DNA from: an uncultured Bacteroidales bacterium
GTDB taxonomy: Bacteria; Bacteroidota; Bacteroidia; Bacteroidales; CAIXZF01
Length of the DNA stretch: 64,000 nucleotides
Direction: 5' to 3'
NCBI GenBank assembly: GCA_964608665.1
Contig: CAZSQJ010000011.1
Location: forward strand, 2,744 to 66,743
Shown here: in pieces, positions 1-8,704 of the stretch
How the letters are laid out: each line of letters opens with the position of its first letter
Numbering within the stretch: the first letter of the stretch is position 1
Program-made: the position numbers and the translations under genes
The notes under the pieces: generated by a model
What the model saw: the letters and a program-made list of their open reading frames with translations, nothing else
Database searches by the model: none
Told to the model about the DNA's origin: nothing

Positions 1-817
1 CAGCCTCCCTATCCTCGGGCATGTGATCCACAACAACAGGGATACCCAGATCGTGGTGGCCAAATATCCCAGGTCGTCCATCGCGGAATCCTTCCGCTCG
101 GTACGAACCAACCTGCAATATCTGGGTAAGGGCAGTGATAAACTTAAAATACTGGTAACCAGTACTATGGTATCAGAGGGTAAAACCTTTGTTTCGATCA
201 ACCTTTCTTCCGTATATGCCCTGAACGGAAAAAAAACAGTGTTGCTCGGCTTCGATCTGCGCAAGCCAAAGATTTACAAGGACTTTGGTCTTTCCAACGC
301 AAAGGGGATCAGTACTTTCCTGATCGGGCAGGCAAGCCTGGAGGACATCATCCAGTCGTCACCGGTGGAGAACCTCGACATGATCATGGCCGGCCCCATC
401 CCTCCCAATCCGTCGGAACTGATCTCATCAGAAAAGTGTAAAGAATTTTTCGGCCTGTTGTCGGAGCGTTACGACTTTATCATCATCGACACGCCGCCGG
501 TCGGGCTTGTTACGGATGCTTTCCTGCTGATGGCGCATTCCAACATCAATGTATTTGTCACGCGGCAGCATCACACCAATAAAAAAGTATTCGCATCCAT
601 TATCCGCGATATGGAACTGAGGAAGCTTCCCAACCTGACCATCCTGATCAACGATGTGAAACTCGGAAGCAAGGGTTACGGGTTCAGTCACGGCTCAGGC
701 TATGGTTACGGCTATGGTTACGGATACGGTTATGGTTACGGGTATGGCTATTATGCGGAGGATAAGGAAGCGGATGAGGCCGGGAGAGGATGGAGGCGCT
801 GGTTTTCGCGCGGATAA
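1..817 (+). CDS. wzc: Polysaccharide co-polymerase / bacterial tyrosine autokinase (Wzc/CpsD-CapB family), C-terminal part; 5' end outside the window
   Basis: AESFRSVRTNL motif, Walker A-like TSTMVSEGKT, Walker B IIIDTPP, and a C-terminal Gly-Tyr autophosphorylation cluster. The listed ORF start (23) is internal. Confidence 0.9.
   Translation, partial: SLPILGHVIHNNRDTQIVVAKYPRSSIAESFRSVRTNLQYLGKGSDKLKILVTSTMVSEGKTFVSINLSSVYALNGKKTVLLGFDLRKPKIYKDFGLSNAKGISTFLIGQASLEDIIQSSPVENLDMIMAGPIPPNPSELISSEKCKEFFGLLSERYDFIIIDTPPVGLVTDAFLLMAHSNINVFVTRQHHTNKKVFASIIRDMELRKLPNLTILINDVKLGSKGYGFSHGSGYGYGYGYGYGYGYGYGYYAEDKEADEAGRGWRRWFSRG
698..754 (+). repeat. Coding hexamer repeat GGN-TAY x9 encoding the (Gly-Tyr)9-Tyr cluster of Wzc
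   Basis: ggc tat ggt tac ggc tat ggt tac gga tac ggt tat ggt tac ggg tat ggc tat tat; third codon positions vary synonymously. Confidence 0.9.
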
Positions 818-837
818 ACCGGGGGGGAGCAGGAATC

Positions 838-1743
838 ATGGGAAAACAGATATTGAAACACTTACGTGAGCTGGAGGCCGAGTCGGTCTTTGTGATAAGG
901 GAGGTGGCAGCCCAGTTTGAGCGGCCCTGCCTGTTGTTTTCGGGCGGCAAGGACTCGATCGTGCTGACTCACTTGGCGCGCAAGGCTTTCTGGCCGGCTC
1001 GGCTGCCTTTTCCGCTGCTGCACATCGATACCGGGCATAATTTTCACGAAACGCTCGAATACCGTGATAATCTGGTGAAAGAAATTGGGGCAAGCCTGAT
1101 CGTCGGGCATGTCCAGGAATCCATAGACAAAGGCAGGGTGACGGAGGAAAAAGGTTACAATGCCAGCCGGAATGTATTGCAAACCGTGACATTGCTTGAT
1201 ACCATCGGACATTATAAATTCGATGCGGCCATGGGTGGTGCACGCAGGGACGAAGAGAAGGCCAGGGCCAAGGAACGTTTCTTTTCTCACCGGGACGAGT
1301 TCGGACAATGGGATCCGAAAAATCAGCGGCCGGAGCTGTGGAACCTGTTCAACGGGAAGAAACACATGGGGGAGCATTTCAGGGTGTTTCCCATCAGCAA
1401 CTGGACAGAGATGGATATCTGGCAGTATATCCTGCTGGAGCAGATTCCCATGCCAAGTCTGTATTTCACCCACAGGCGCGAGGTGTTTTACAGGGACGGG
1501 GTATGGCTGGCCACGGCTCCCTTCATGATGCGCAAGCCTGAAGAGACTGCGGAAGTACGAACAGTCAGGTGCCGCACCATTGGCGATATTACATGTACCG
1601 GGCTAACGCTTTCCGAGGCCAACTCGGTGGAAGACATCATTGCGGAAACGGCTGCCACCAGGGTGACAGAAAGGGGATCCCGCTTTGATGACAAGCGGTC
1701 GGAAGCCGCCATGGAAGACAGAAAGAAAGAAGGCTACTTTTAA
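838..1743 (+). CDS. cysD: Sulfate adenylyltransferase subunit 2
   Basis: LLFSGGKDS PP-loop, HIDTGHNF, GGARRDEEKARAKERFFS and C-terminal MEDRKKEGYF. Start placed at ATG 838. Confidence 0.97.
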   Translation: MGKQILKHLRELEAESVFVIREVAAQFERPCLLFSGGKDSIVLTHLARKAFWPARLPFPLLHIDTGHNFHETLEYRDNLVKEIGASLIVGHVQESIDKGRVTEEKGYNASRNVLQTVTLLDTIGHYKFDAAMGGARRDEEKARAKERFFSHRDEFGQWDPKNQRPELWNLFNGKKHMGEHFRVFPISNWTEMDIWQYILLEQIPMPSLYFTHRREVFYRDGVWLATAPFMMRKPEETAEVRTVRCRTIGDITCTGLTLSEANSVEDIIAETAATRVTERGSRFDDKRSEAAMEDRKKEGYF

Positions 1744-1753
1744 AGAAGGGGAT

Positions 1754-3040
1754 ATGACAGGACAGGAATTTTCGGGCAAAGCCTATCTGGACATGGAACT
1801 GCTGAGGTTCACCACGGCCGGCAGCGTGGACGACGGTAAAAGTACCCTGATCGGAAGATTGCTTTATGACAGCAAGTCCATTTTCGAGGATCAGCTCGAA
1901 GCGGTAAAAAAAGCCAGTATTCAGAAAGGAAGCGGATATATCAACCTGGCGCTGCTCACCGACGGGCTCAGGGCAGAAAGAGAACAGGGGATCACCATTG
2001 ATGTGGCATACCGCTATTTCGCCACTCCCAAACGCAAGTTCATCATCGCAGATACACCCGGCCATATTCAGTACACCAGGAATATGGTTACCGGCGCTTC
2101 CACCGCCAATGCCACCATTGTGCTGATCGACGTTCGCAACGGCGTTACGGAGCAGACCCGCCGGCATACCTACATAGCCCACCTGCTGGGTATTCCCCAC
2201 CTGATTATCTGCATCAACAAGATGGATCTTGCAGGGTACAGCCAGGAACCCTACGAAGGTATCCGTTCAGCCATGACGGAGTTCACGGCGCAACTTGGAT
2301 TCCGTGATGTGCAATACGTTCCGATCAGCGCCCTTGCAGGCGACAATGTGGTGGAGGGTTCCGCAAACATGCCCTGGTACGGTGGAGGGACGCTGATGCA
2401 AATCCTGGAAACCATAGATGTCACTTCCGACCATAACTTCACCGATGCCCGTTTCCCGGTTCAGTACGTGATCCGGCCCATGAGCGATGAATACCACGAT
2501 TACCGGGCCTATGCCGGCAGGGTTACCGGAGGGGTATTCCGGAAAGGCGACGAGGTGGTGGTACTCCCTTCGGGCTTGCGCAGCCGTATCCGGTCTGTTG
2601 ATTTTTACAAAGCGTCCCTGCCAATGGCTTTCCCGCCCATGTCGGTAACCCTTACGCTCGATGACGACATCGACATCAGCCGGGGTGACATGATCGTGAA
2701 ACCTGACCATATGCCCGTTGCCGGCCAGGACCATGAGGTTATGCTATGCTGGTTCAACCCCAGACCCATGCGCCCGGGAAACAAATACATCCTCAGGCAC
2801 GCCACTTCCGAAGTCAAAGCCCTGATCAAAGACATCAACTATAAAGTCAATGTCAATACCCTCGACCACATCAGTGCTTGTTCAGAGCTGAACATGAACG
2901 ACATTGCCTGTGTCAGCCTGAAAACAACCAGGCCTCTTTATTACGATCCATACCGACGCAACAGGATTACCGGGAGTGTGATCCTGATCGATGAAGCCAC
3001 CCACGAAACCGTGGCGGCAGGAATGATCCTTTGTACTTAA
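1754..3040 (+). CDS. cysN: Sulfate adenylyltransferase subunit 1 (GTPase), not fused to APS kinase
   Basis: [42 protein letters not shown] and terminal TVAAGMI. About 428 aa, so no CysC domain. Confidence 0.96.
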   Translation: MTGQEFSGKAYLDMELLRFTTAGSVDDGKSTLIGRLLYDSKSIFEDQLEAVKKASIQKGSGYINLALLTDGLRAEREQGITIDVAYRYFATPKRKFIIADTPGHIQYTRNMVTGASTANATIVLIDVRNGVTEQTRRHTYIAHLLGIPHLIICINKMDLAGYSQEPYEGIRSAMTEFTAQLGFRDVQYVPISALAGDNVVEGSANMPWYGGGTLMQILETIDVTSDHNFTDARFPVQYVIRPMSDEYHDYRAYAGRVTGGVFRKGDEVVVLPSGLRSRIRSVDFYKASLPMAFPPMSVTLTLDDDIDISRGDMIVKPDHMPVAGQDHEVMLCWFNPRPMRPGNKYILRHATSEVKALIKDINYKVNVNTLDHISACSELNMNDIACVSLKTTRPLYYDPYRRNRITGSVILIDEATHETVAAGMILCT

Positions 3041-3060
3041 TCCATAAAGCCATCAAAAAC

Positions 3061-4260
3061 ATGTACGGGAAATTCAAAGACTATCTGAAACAGGAGCTCG
3101 AAAAGATCCATGATGACGGGCTCTACAAGGAGGAACGCATCCTTACCACTCCCCAGGGCGTGCATATCAAGACGAGCCTGGGACTCGACGTACTGAACTT
3201 CTGTGCAAACAACTACCTGGGACTGTGCAACGACCCGCGAACCATGGCAGGCTCCAACATGGCCTTCTTCCGCTGGGGCTTCGGCATGGCTTCCGTCCGC
3301 TTTATCTGCGGTACACAGATGGTACACAAAGCACTGGAGAAAAAAATAAGCGAATTCCTCGGCATGGAGGACACCATTCTGTTCTCTTCGGCATTCGATG
3401 CCAACGGAGGAGTGTTTGAACCGCTTTTCGACGAGTACTCCGCCATCATCTCCGACGAACTCAACCATGCGTCTATCATCGACGGGGTGCGGGTTTGCAA
3501 GGCCCAGCGTTACCGTTACAGGAACAACGACATGGATGACCTTGAGGATAAGCTGAAACAGGCTAAAAACGCTTTGTTCAGGATCATCGTCACCGACGGG
3601 GTTTTTTCCATGGACGGCATTATTGCCCAGGTTGACAAGATCTGCGACCTGGCCGACAAATATGATGCCCTGGTGATGGTGGACGACTCTCATGCCACGG
3701 GTTTTGTGGGGCCCACCGGAAGAGGCACGCATGAATTCTGCAATGCCATGGGAAGGGTGGATATCATTACCACTACCTTCGGCAAGGCCCTGGGCGGAGC
3801 ATCGGGCGGTTGTATCTCAGGACACAGTGAGATCATCGAGTTTCTCAGGCAGCGTTCCAGGCCGTATTTGTTTTCAAACTCTCTGGCGCCTCCCATTGCG
3901 GGAGCCACCCTGGAGGTGCTGAACCTGCTTTCCGACAGCCAGGATCTCATCAATAAACTGAACGAAAATACCCGTATGTTCCGCCAGGGTATTGAGAAAG
4001 CCGGGTTCAGGATCGTGCCGGGCACGCATCCCATCACACCCGTGCTCTTCGGGCATCTGCCCAATGATGCGGCCATTGCCCAGCAGTTTGCAGCGGAACT
4101 GCTCAATGAAGGCATTTATGTCATTGGTTTTTCCTACCCTGTGGTTCCCCGCGGAAAGGCGCGCATCAGGGTGCAGATCAGTGCAGCACACAGCAAAGAC
4201 AATATTGCTTTCGCGATCGAGAAATTCGTGAAAGTGGGAGCGAAGCTCGGAGCGATATAG
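3061..4260 (+). CDS. kbl: Glycine C-acetyltransferase (2-amino-3-ketobutyrate CoA ligase)
   Basis: [42 protein letters not shown] (PLP lysine) and [11 protein letters not shown]. Confidence 0.95.
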   Translation: MYGKFKDYLKQELEKIHDDGLYKEERILTTPQGVHIKTSLGLDVLNFCANNYLGLCNDPRTMAGSNMAFFRWGFGMASVRFICGTQMVHKALEKKISEFLGMEDTILFSSAFDANGGVFEPLFDEYSAIISDELNHASIIDGVRVCKAQRYRYRNNDMDDLEDKLKQAKNALFRIIVTDGVFSMDGIIAQVDKICDLADKYDALVMVDDSHATGFVGPTGRGTHEFCNAMGRVDIITTTFGKALGGASGGCISGHSEIIEFLRQRSRPYLFSNSLAPPIAGATLEVLNLLSDSQDLINKLNENTRMFRQGIEKAGFRIVPGTHPITPVLFGHLPNDAAIAQQFAAELLNEGIYVIGFSYPVVPRGKARIRVQISAAHSKDNIAFAIEKFVKVGAKLGAI

Positions 4261-4263
4261 AAA

Positions 4264-4324
4264 ACACGTGAGTACATGTGCACGTGTGCCCATGACGTGA
4301 TGACTTGGGGACGTGAGAACGTGA
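4264..4324. repeat. Degenerate octamer tandem repeat (consensus NNAC[G/A]TG[A/T]), about 8 units, directly after the kbl stop
   Basis: acacgtga gtacatgt gcacgtgt gcccatga, then a phase shift, then tgacgtga tgacttgg ggacgtga gaacgtga. Confidence 0.65.
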
Positions 4325-4369
4325 GGTGATTTTTTTTCTGAACCCTTTTCCATTATATAAAAAATGCAG

Positions 4370-4377
4370 TATGTTTG
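4370..4377 (+). promoter_or_regulatory. Bacteroidota -7 promoter element (TATGTTTG) of the TetR gene
   Basis: Matches TAnnTTTG, 28 bp upstream of ATG 4406. Confidence 0.55.
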
Positions 4378-4405
4378 CAGTGTTAATTTTATATACTGCT
4401 GTTAG

Positions 4406-5002
4406 ATGGACAAAAAAGATTTGCAACAGGCACGGATGAGATCCTATTTCATCGATGCCACCCGGGAAATTTTAAAGGGCGAAGGACTTAAGGCTTTGAG
4501 TGTAAGAACAATAGCCGAAAGGGCCGGATATTCTTACGCGACCATGTACCACTATTTCAAAGACATCAGGGAACTGATATTTTTGTGTGTACAGGACTTT
4601 CAGGCGGAATGTACCGCATATGTGCAGGAGGAGACAAAGGATATTGTCAGGGGTGATGATCTGTTGAAGGGCTGCAGCATTGCCTTCATGAAGTATTTTA
4701 TTCAGTACCCGGGGATATTTGAGTTGTTTTACCTGGAAAAGATGAATGCCATCGGGGGTCAGAAAGACATTGCCGTTTCCATTCACGGTTTTCATGACCG
4801 GCTTTGTGAGGAAGGATGGAAAAGGTGGGTGGATGAAAACAAGTCAGGGCGGCAGGAGGTGGAACGCATGCAGGCAAGACTGAAATATGCGGTTACCGGC
4901 ATGTTGTTGTTTTACCTGAACCGTCGTCAGCCGGAAAACTGGGAAGAGATGCATTCGCGGATGCATGCAGTCGTGGAAGACTGCCTGTCAGCGCTGTCAT
5001 AA
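4406..5002 (+). CDS. TetR/AcrR family transcriptional regulator
   Basis: N-terminal HTH LSVRTIAERAGYSYATMYHYF; 198 aa. Confidence 0.9.
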   Translation: MDKKDLQQARMRSYFIDATREILKGEGLKALSVRTIAERAGYSYATMYHYFKDIRELIFLCVQDFQAECTAYVQEETKDIVRGDDLLKGCSIAFMKYFIQYPGIFELFYLEKMNAIGGQKDIAVSIHGFHDRLCEEGWKRWVDENKSGRQEVERMQARLKYAVTGMLLFYLNRRQPENWEEMHSRMHAVVEDCLSALS

Positions 5003-5037
5003 AAAAAGGCCGGTGATCACCATATGCTTCACCGGCC
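5001..5037 (-). terminator. Intrinsic terminator between convergent tetR and hsp20 (U-tract on the minus strand)
   Basis: aaaaaaa followed by stem ggccggtga / tcaccggcc. Confidence 0.7.
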
Positions 5038-5058
5038 CATTTCAGGGTGCAAGGCTCC

Positions 5059-5484
5059 TTAGCCGATCCTGATCTCTTTTTTCGGTTTTTCCTTTGCTTC
5101 TTCTTTCTTGGGAATCCCGATCTGCAGCACACCGTCTTTGTGGATGGCTGTGATCTTGTCTACATCGGCTGTGCCGGGAAGCGTGAAGGAACGGGTGAAG
5201 CTGCAGTAGCTGAACTCCCTGCGCATGTACTTCTCATCCTTTTCTTCCTTGTTTTGTTCCTTCTCAGAAGAAATGGTAAGCACATTGTTGTGCAGGTCGA
5301 TTTTCATGTCTTCTTTGGCAAGACCCGGAGCTGCGACTTCAATACGGTAGGCATCCTTCCCTTCAACAATATTCACGGAAGGAGTACTTATACCGGTCTG
5401 AAAGTCGAACATTTCATCCATCAGGTTGCGGCCGAAAAACTCATCGACCAGGCTTGGCATCGATTTTCTCAACATCGGTAACAT
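5059..5484 (-). CDS. Small heat-shock protein, Hsp20/alpha-crystallin family
   Basis: PSVNIVE, IEVAAPGL, RREFSYCSFTRSFTLP, DGVLQIGIPK. Confidence 0.95.
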   Translation of the reverse strand: MLPMLRKSMPSLVDEFFGRNLMDEMFDFQTGISTPSVNIVEGKDAYRIEVAAPGLAKEDMKIDLHNNVLTISSEKEQNKEEKDEKYMRREFSYCSFTRSFTLPGTADVDKITAIHKDGVLQIGIPKKEEAKEKPKKEIRIG

Positions 5485-5637
5485 GGTTTTTCCTCCTTTT
5501 TATTGGTTAAACACTGTGAAACATTTTTCAAAGAAAATACCATTACCGGAAAATCTGAAGAATTGTCAGTACAACTGCTTGTCAGCAAGGTGCTTAACTG
5601 TCGTAATGGCAGTTTTCTGACAGGTCCGGATTACAGG

Positions 5638-6834
5638 TCAGCGGCGGGGTTTTCTGAAGGATTGGCCGCTGTGTTTCTTAAAGGGCTCATAGGCAGGAGT
5701 TTCTCCGAAACGGACGGGGACTGCAGCTTTGTAAACCGCTTTGCCCAGGAGTTTTTCAATTTTAGCGAAGTATTGTTGTTCCTGTTGGCCAATGAGGGTC
5801 ATGGCGACTCCTTCGGACTGTGCCCTGGCGGTTCGGCCGATGCGGTGGATATAGTCCTCACCCTCATGTGGCACATCCATATTCACCACCATATCAATAT
5901 CTTCTATATCAATTCCGCGCGACAGCACATTGGTGGCCACCAGCACTTTCAGTGTCCTGTTTTTGAAAGCCATCAGCACTTTCTCCCTCGCCTGCTGGTC
6001 GAGGTCGGAATGGATTTCACCGGCCTGCAGTCCCAGCCGTTTTAATTCACGGGTGAGGGATTTAGCTTTCTCCTTGGTGGAGCAGAATACGAGGATACTT
6101 TTATCCCTTTTTTCTCCGAGCAGGTGCACCAGCAGCGGTATTTTCTGCTTTTCGTTCACTACATAAGCGATCTGGAGGACACGGTCGGCTGCTTTGGCAA
6201 TGGCGATACTGACCTCCAGGGGATTTTTAAGGATTTTTTTGGCCAATTCTCTGATCTCCCTGGGCATGGTTGCCGAGAACATCATGGTTTGCCTGTCTTC
6301 CGGCAGATAGGAAATTATTTTCATGATATCTCCGTAAAATCCCATGTCGAGCATACGGTCGGCCTCATCGAGGATGAGGTATTTCAGGCTTCCGGCCTTC
6401 ACATAATCCATCATCAGGTGGGCGATCATGCGGCCGGGTGTGCAGATCACCACATCGGTACCGCGGGTGAGGGATTCCATTTCGCGGCCGAAGGCAGCCC
6501 CGGCGGTTCCCCCGTAAACGGCAATGGAGCTCAGGTGCGTAAAATAGGACAGGGCGTCCATATGCTGGTCTATCTGCTGGGCGAGCTCGCGGGTAGGCAC
6601 GATGATCAGGCAATGGATATTGCCGGCAACATGGGGTTCGGACAGCATGCGGTGCAATACCGGCAACAAAAAGGCAGCCGTTTTGCCGGTACCGGTCTGT
6701 GCCGAAGCAATCACATCCCGTCCGCCGAGTATGGCCGGGATGGCCTGTTCCTGCACCGGAGTCGGGATTTCATAACCCATGGCGGCAATGCCTTCCATCA
6801 GGGCAGGGGCAAATCCGAATTCGTCGAAAGTCAA
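5638..6834 (-). CDS. DEAD-box RNA helicase (RhlE-like)
   Basis: Q motif PTPVQ, AQTGTGKT, PTRELA, TPGR, DEAD, SAT and HRIGRTAR. TTG start. Confidence 0.95.
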   Translation of the reverse strand: MTFDEFGFAPALMEGIAAMGYEIPTPVQEQAIPAILGGRDVIASAQTGTGKTAAFLLPVLHRMLSEPHVAGNIHCLIIVPTRELAQQIDQHMDALSYFTHLSSIAVYGGTAGAAFGREMESLTRGTDVVICTPGRMIAHLMMDYVKAGSLKYLILDEADRMLDMGFYGDIMKIISYLPEDRQTMMFSATMPREIRELAKKILKNPLEVSIAIAKAADRVLQIAYVVNEKQKIPLLVHLLGEKRDKSILVFCSTKEKAKSLTRELKRLGLQAGEIHSDLDQQAREKVLMAFKNRTLKVLVATNVLSRGIDIEDIDMVVNMDVPHEGEDYIHRIGRTARAQSEGVAMTLIGQQEQQYFAKIEKLLGKAVYKAAVPVRFGETPAYEPFKKHSGQSFRKPRR

Positions 6835-6947
6835 TGAAAAAGGTGTTAAGGATATGGGTCAAAGGTCAGAAAAAGTTTTGGAACCACGGCGTATTCTTCG
6901 GAAAAACAGCTTCACTCCATACTTATAGCGTATCTTCGTACACACGA

Positions 6948-7559
6948 ATGAACCACCCGGCCGGTCACAGCGATACGAATCCGGATCTTCCGCTTCGCCA
7001 AAGGACAGATGAAGCGATCTATCAGGGCTATCTTGAAAGCGGAGATCCGGCCATGGCGGAGGAACTGTATAAGCGTTACCTCCACCTGGTGCTGGGCGTT
7101 TGTTATAAATACCTGAAAGACAGGGAAGAAGCCCGTGACGCCTGTATGCAGGTGTTTGAGCAGTTGCTGGTAAAACCGCATCGGACAGCGATCAGGAGTT
7201 TCAGGGACTGGCTGTTTATTATCACCAGGAACCACTGCCTGATGCTGCTGCGGAAAGCCAGTACCAGGGAAAGGTATCTCGGGGCAAGATTTCATGAGTT
7301 GCAGGCTGAAATTATGGAATCTGCTGCCCGCCTGCATCTTTATGATGCAGATGAGCAGGAAAAAAGGCTTTCACTGCTGAGGTCGGCCCTGGCACGCCTG
7401 CCGGATGAACAAAGGACCTGTATTGAATTGTTTTACTATGAAGACCTCTCTTACCAACAGATCAGCGAACAGACGGGATACGGGCTCAAACAGGTGAAGA
7501 GCTGCCTGCAAAACGGCAAAAGGAATTTGAAAATCCTCATGAACCATGGAAAAGCATGA
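6948..7559 (+). CDS. ECF (sigma-70 family) RNA polymerase sigma factor
   Basis: Region 2 (DREEARDACMQVF...FRDWLFIITRNHCL) and region 4 (LPDEQRTCIELFYYEDLSYQQIS...VKSCLQNGKRNLK). Start placed at ATG 6948. Confidence 0.92.
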   Translation: MNHPAGHSDTNPDLPLRQRTDEAIYQGYLESGDPAMAEELYKRYLHLVLGVCYKYLKDREEARDACMQVFEQLLVKPHRTAIRSFRDWLFIITRNHCLMLLRKASTRERYLGARFHELQAEIMESAARLHLYDADEQEKRLSLLRSALARLPDEQRTCIELFYYEDLSYQQISEQTGYGLKQVKSCLQNGKRNLKILMNHGKA

Positions 7560-8691
7560 AAGCGGACCAGATTATTTTTCTCCTTCGGGCTGTCTGACCC
7601 GTGAGGGGATGCAGGCTGTGGTTACGGGGAATCTGGACAGCAGCATGCGGGAACAGGTCGAAAAACATCTTTCGGAATGCGAATTCTGCCGCCTGGCCAT
7701 GGAAGGAACACTTTCGTTTGTTGAAGATCACGGCACAGCCGCCTGGGAACAGGATCTGGCCAGTGCAGACAGCCTGGCAGGAGTACTTGTTCCGGGTGCG
7801 CCTCCTGAAACAGTATCAGTTAGTGGCAAACGGAGGCACAATGTGATCTGGACCAGTGTGGCCGTTGCCGCCACCATTGTGCTCTTTCTGGGTCTTGCCT
7901 ATGTTATCCGTTTGTGGCTGCCAATACAGCCTGAACAGCTTGCACAACAGACCCCGCCGCAAGAAGCAGTCGAAATCCCCCCTCCCGTTATGGAAGATCG
8001 TCAGGAACCGGCAGAGGCAAGGCCTGCAGAACAGGAAGCGCCGGGTCCTGGCCCTGCTGCCGCCACAACTGCCGGCATCCGGGAACACAGGATCCCCGTC
8101 GAGGCTTCCGAACAGGAAACTCCCATTCCTGACACGGTCGCACTGACAACGGATCCGTTGCTTTTCCATAATATTACGGCAAGTCAGGCCCCTCAGGCAA
8201 GCGCCTCATACGGCGGTTTTCAAAACACCGGTTCCGGCACGGCCATGAATACGGTACAGCCGGACCAGGTGGTAATCACTTCTGAATCCAAATCTGTGAG
8301 TCAGGAGCATATCAAGGCTGTTTCAGTCATGGAAAAGAAAGCCCTGAAAGAAGAACAGCTTAGCCAGGATGATGCTCCCGCGGTTTTTTATCTTGTGGAA
8401 GAGATGCCCTCATTCCCAGGCGGGCAGGATTCGTTGCAGGCCTTCCTGAACCGCAATATCCGCTATCCGCTTCAGGCACGGGAAGCAAAACTCAGCGGGA
8501 CCGTCCAGCTGAGTTTTGTGATCGACCGCAAGGGCAGGATCAGGGATATCACTGTTTTAAAAGGTATCGGGATGGCTTGCGATGAAGAAGCCATCAGGGT
8601 GGTGAAAAACATGCCCCGCTGGCACCCAGGAAAACAGGCAGGGAAAACGGTCGATGTCCGTTTCACCCTGCCTGTCCGTTTTGAATTATAA
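7546..8691 (+). CDS. Membrane-anchored zinc-binding anti-sigma factor fused to a periplasmic TonB C-terminal domain
   Basis: ZAS motif HLSECEFC (HxxxCxxC), one TM helix (VIWTSVAVAATIVLFLGLAYV), Pro/Glu/Ala-rich linker, and TonB_C (MPSFPGG...IRYP..ARE....GTVQLSFVIDRKG...LPVRFEL). Start overlaps the sigma stop. Confidence 0.85.
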   Translation: MEKHESGPDYFSPSGCLTREGMQAVVTGNLDSSMREQVEKHLSECEFCRLAMEGTLSFVEDHGTAAWEQDLASADSLAGVLVPGAPPETVSVSGKRRHNVIWTSVAVAATIVLFLGLAYVIRLWLPIQPEQLAQQTPPQEAVEIPPPVMEDRQEPAEARPAEQEAPGPGPAAATTAGIREHRIPVEASEQETPIPDTVALTTDPLLFHNITASQAPQASASYGGFQNTGSGTAMNTVQPDQVVITSESKSVSQEHIKAVSVMEKKALKEEQLSQDDAPAVFYLVEEMPSFPGGQDSLQAFLNRNIRYPLQAREAKLSGTVQLSFVIDRKGRIRDITVLKGIGMACDEEAIRVVKNMPRWHPGKQAGKTVDVRFTLPVRFEL

Positions 8692-8704
8692 ATGCTGTCC
8701 GTGC

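Noticed and set aside
3061-4260. PLP acyltransferase next to cysDN as a sulfonolipid (cysteate acyltransferase) or sphingolipid enzyme
   Set aside because: The sequence carries Kbl-specific signatures throughout ([40 protein letters not shown]), and no cysteate synthase is nearby.
4264-4324. CRISPR array or mini-array (also considered at 50995-51133)
   Set aside because: Units are 7-8 bp tandem without unique spacers; the 41-bp-spaced pair has only two degenerate copies; no cas genes.
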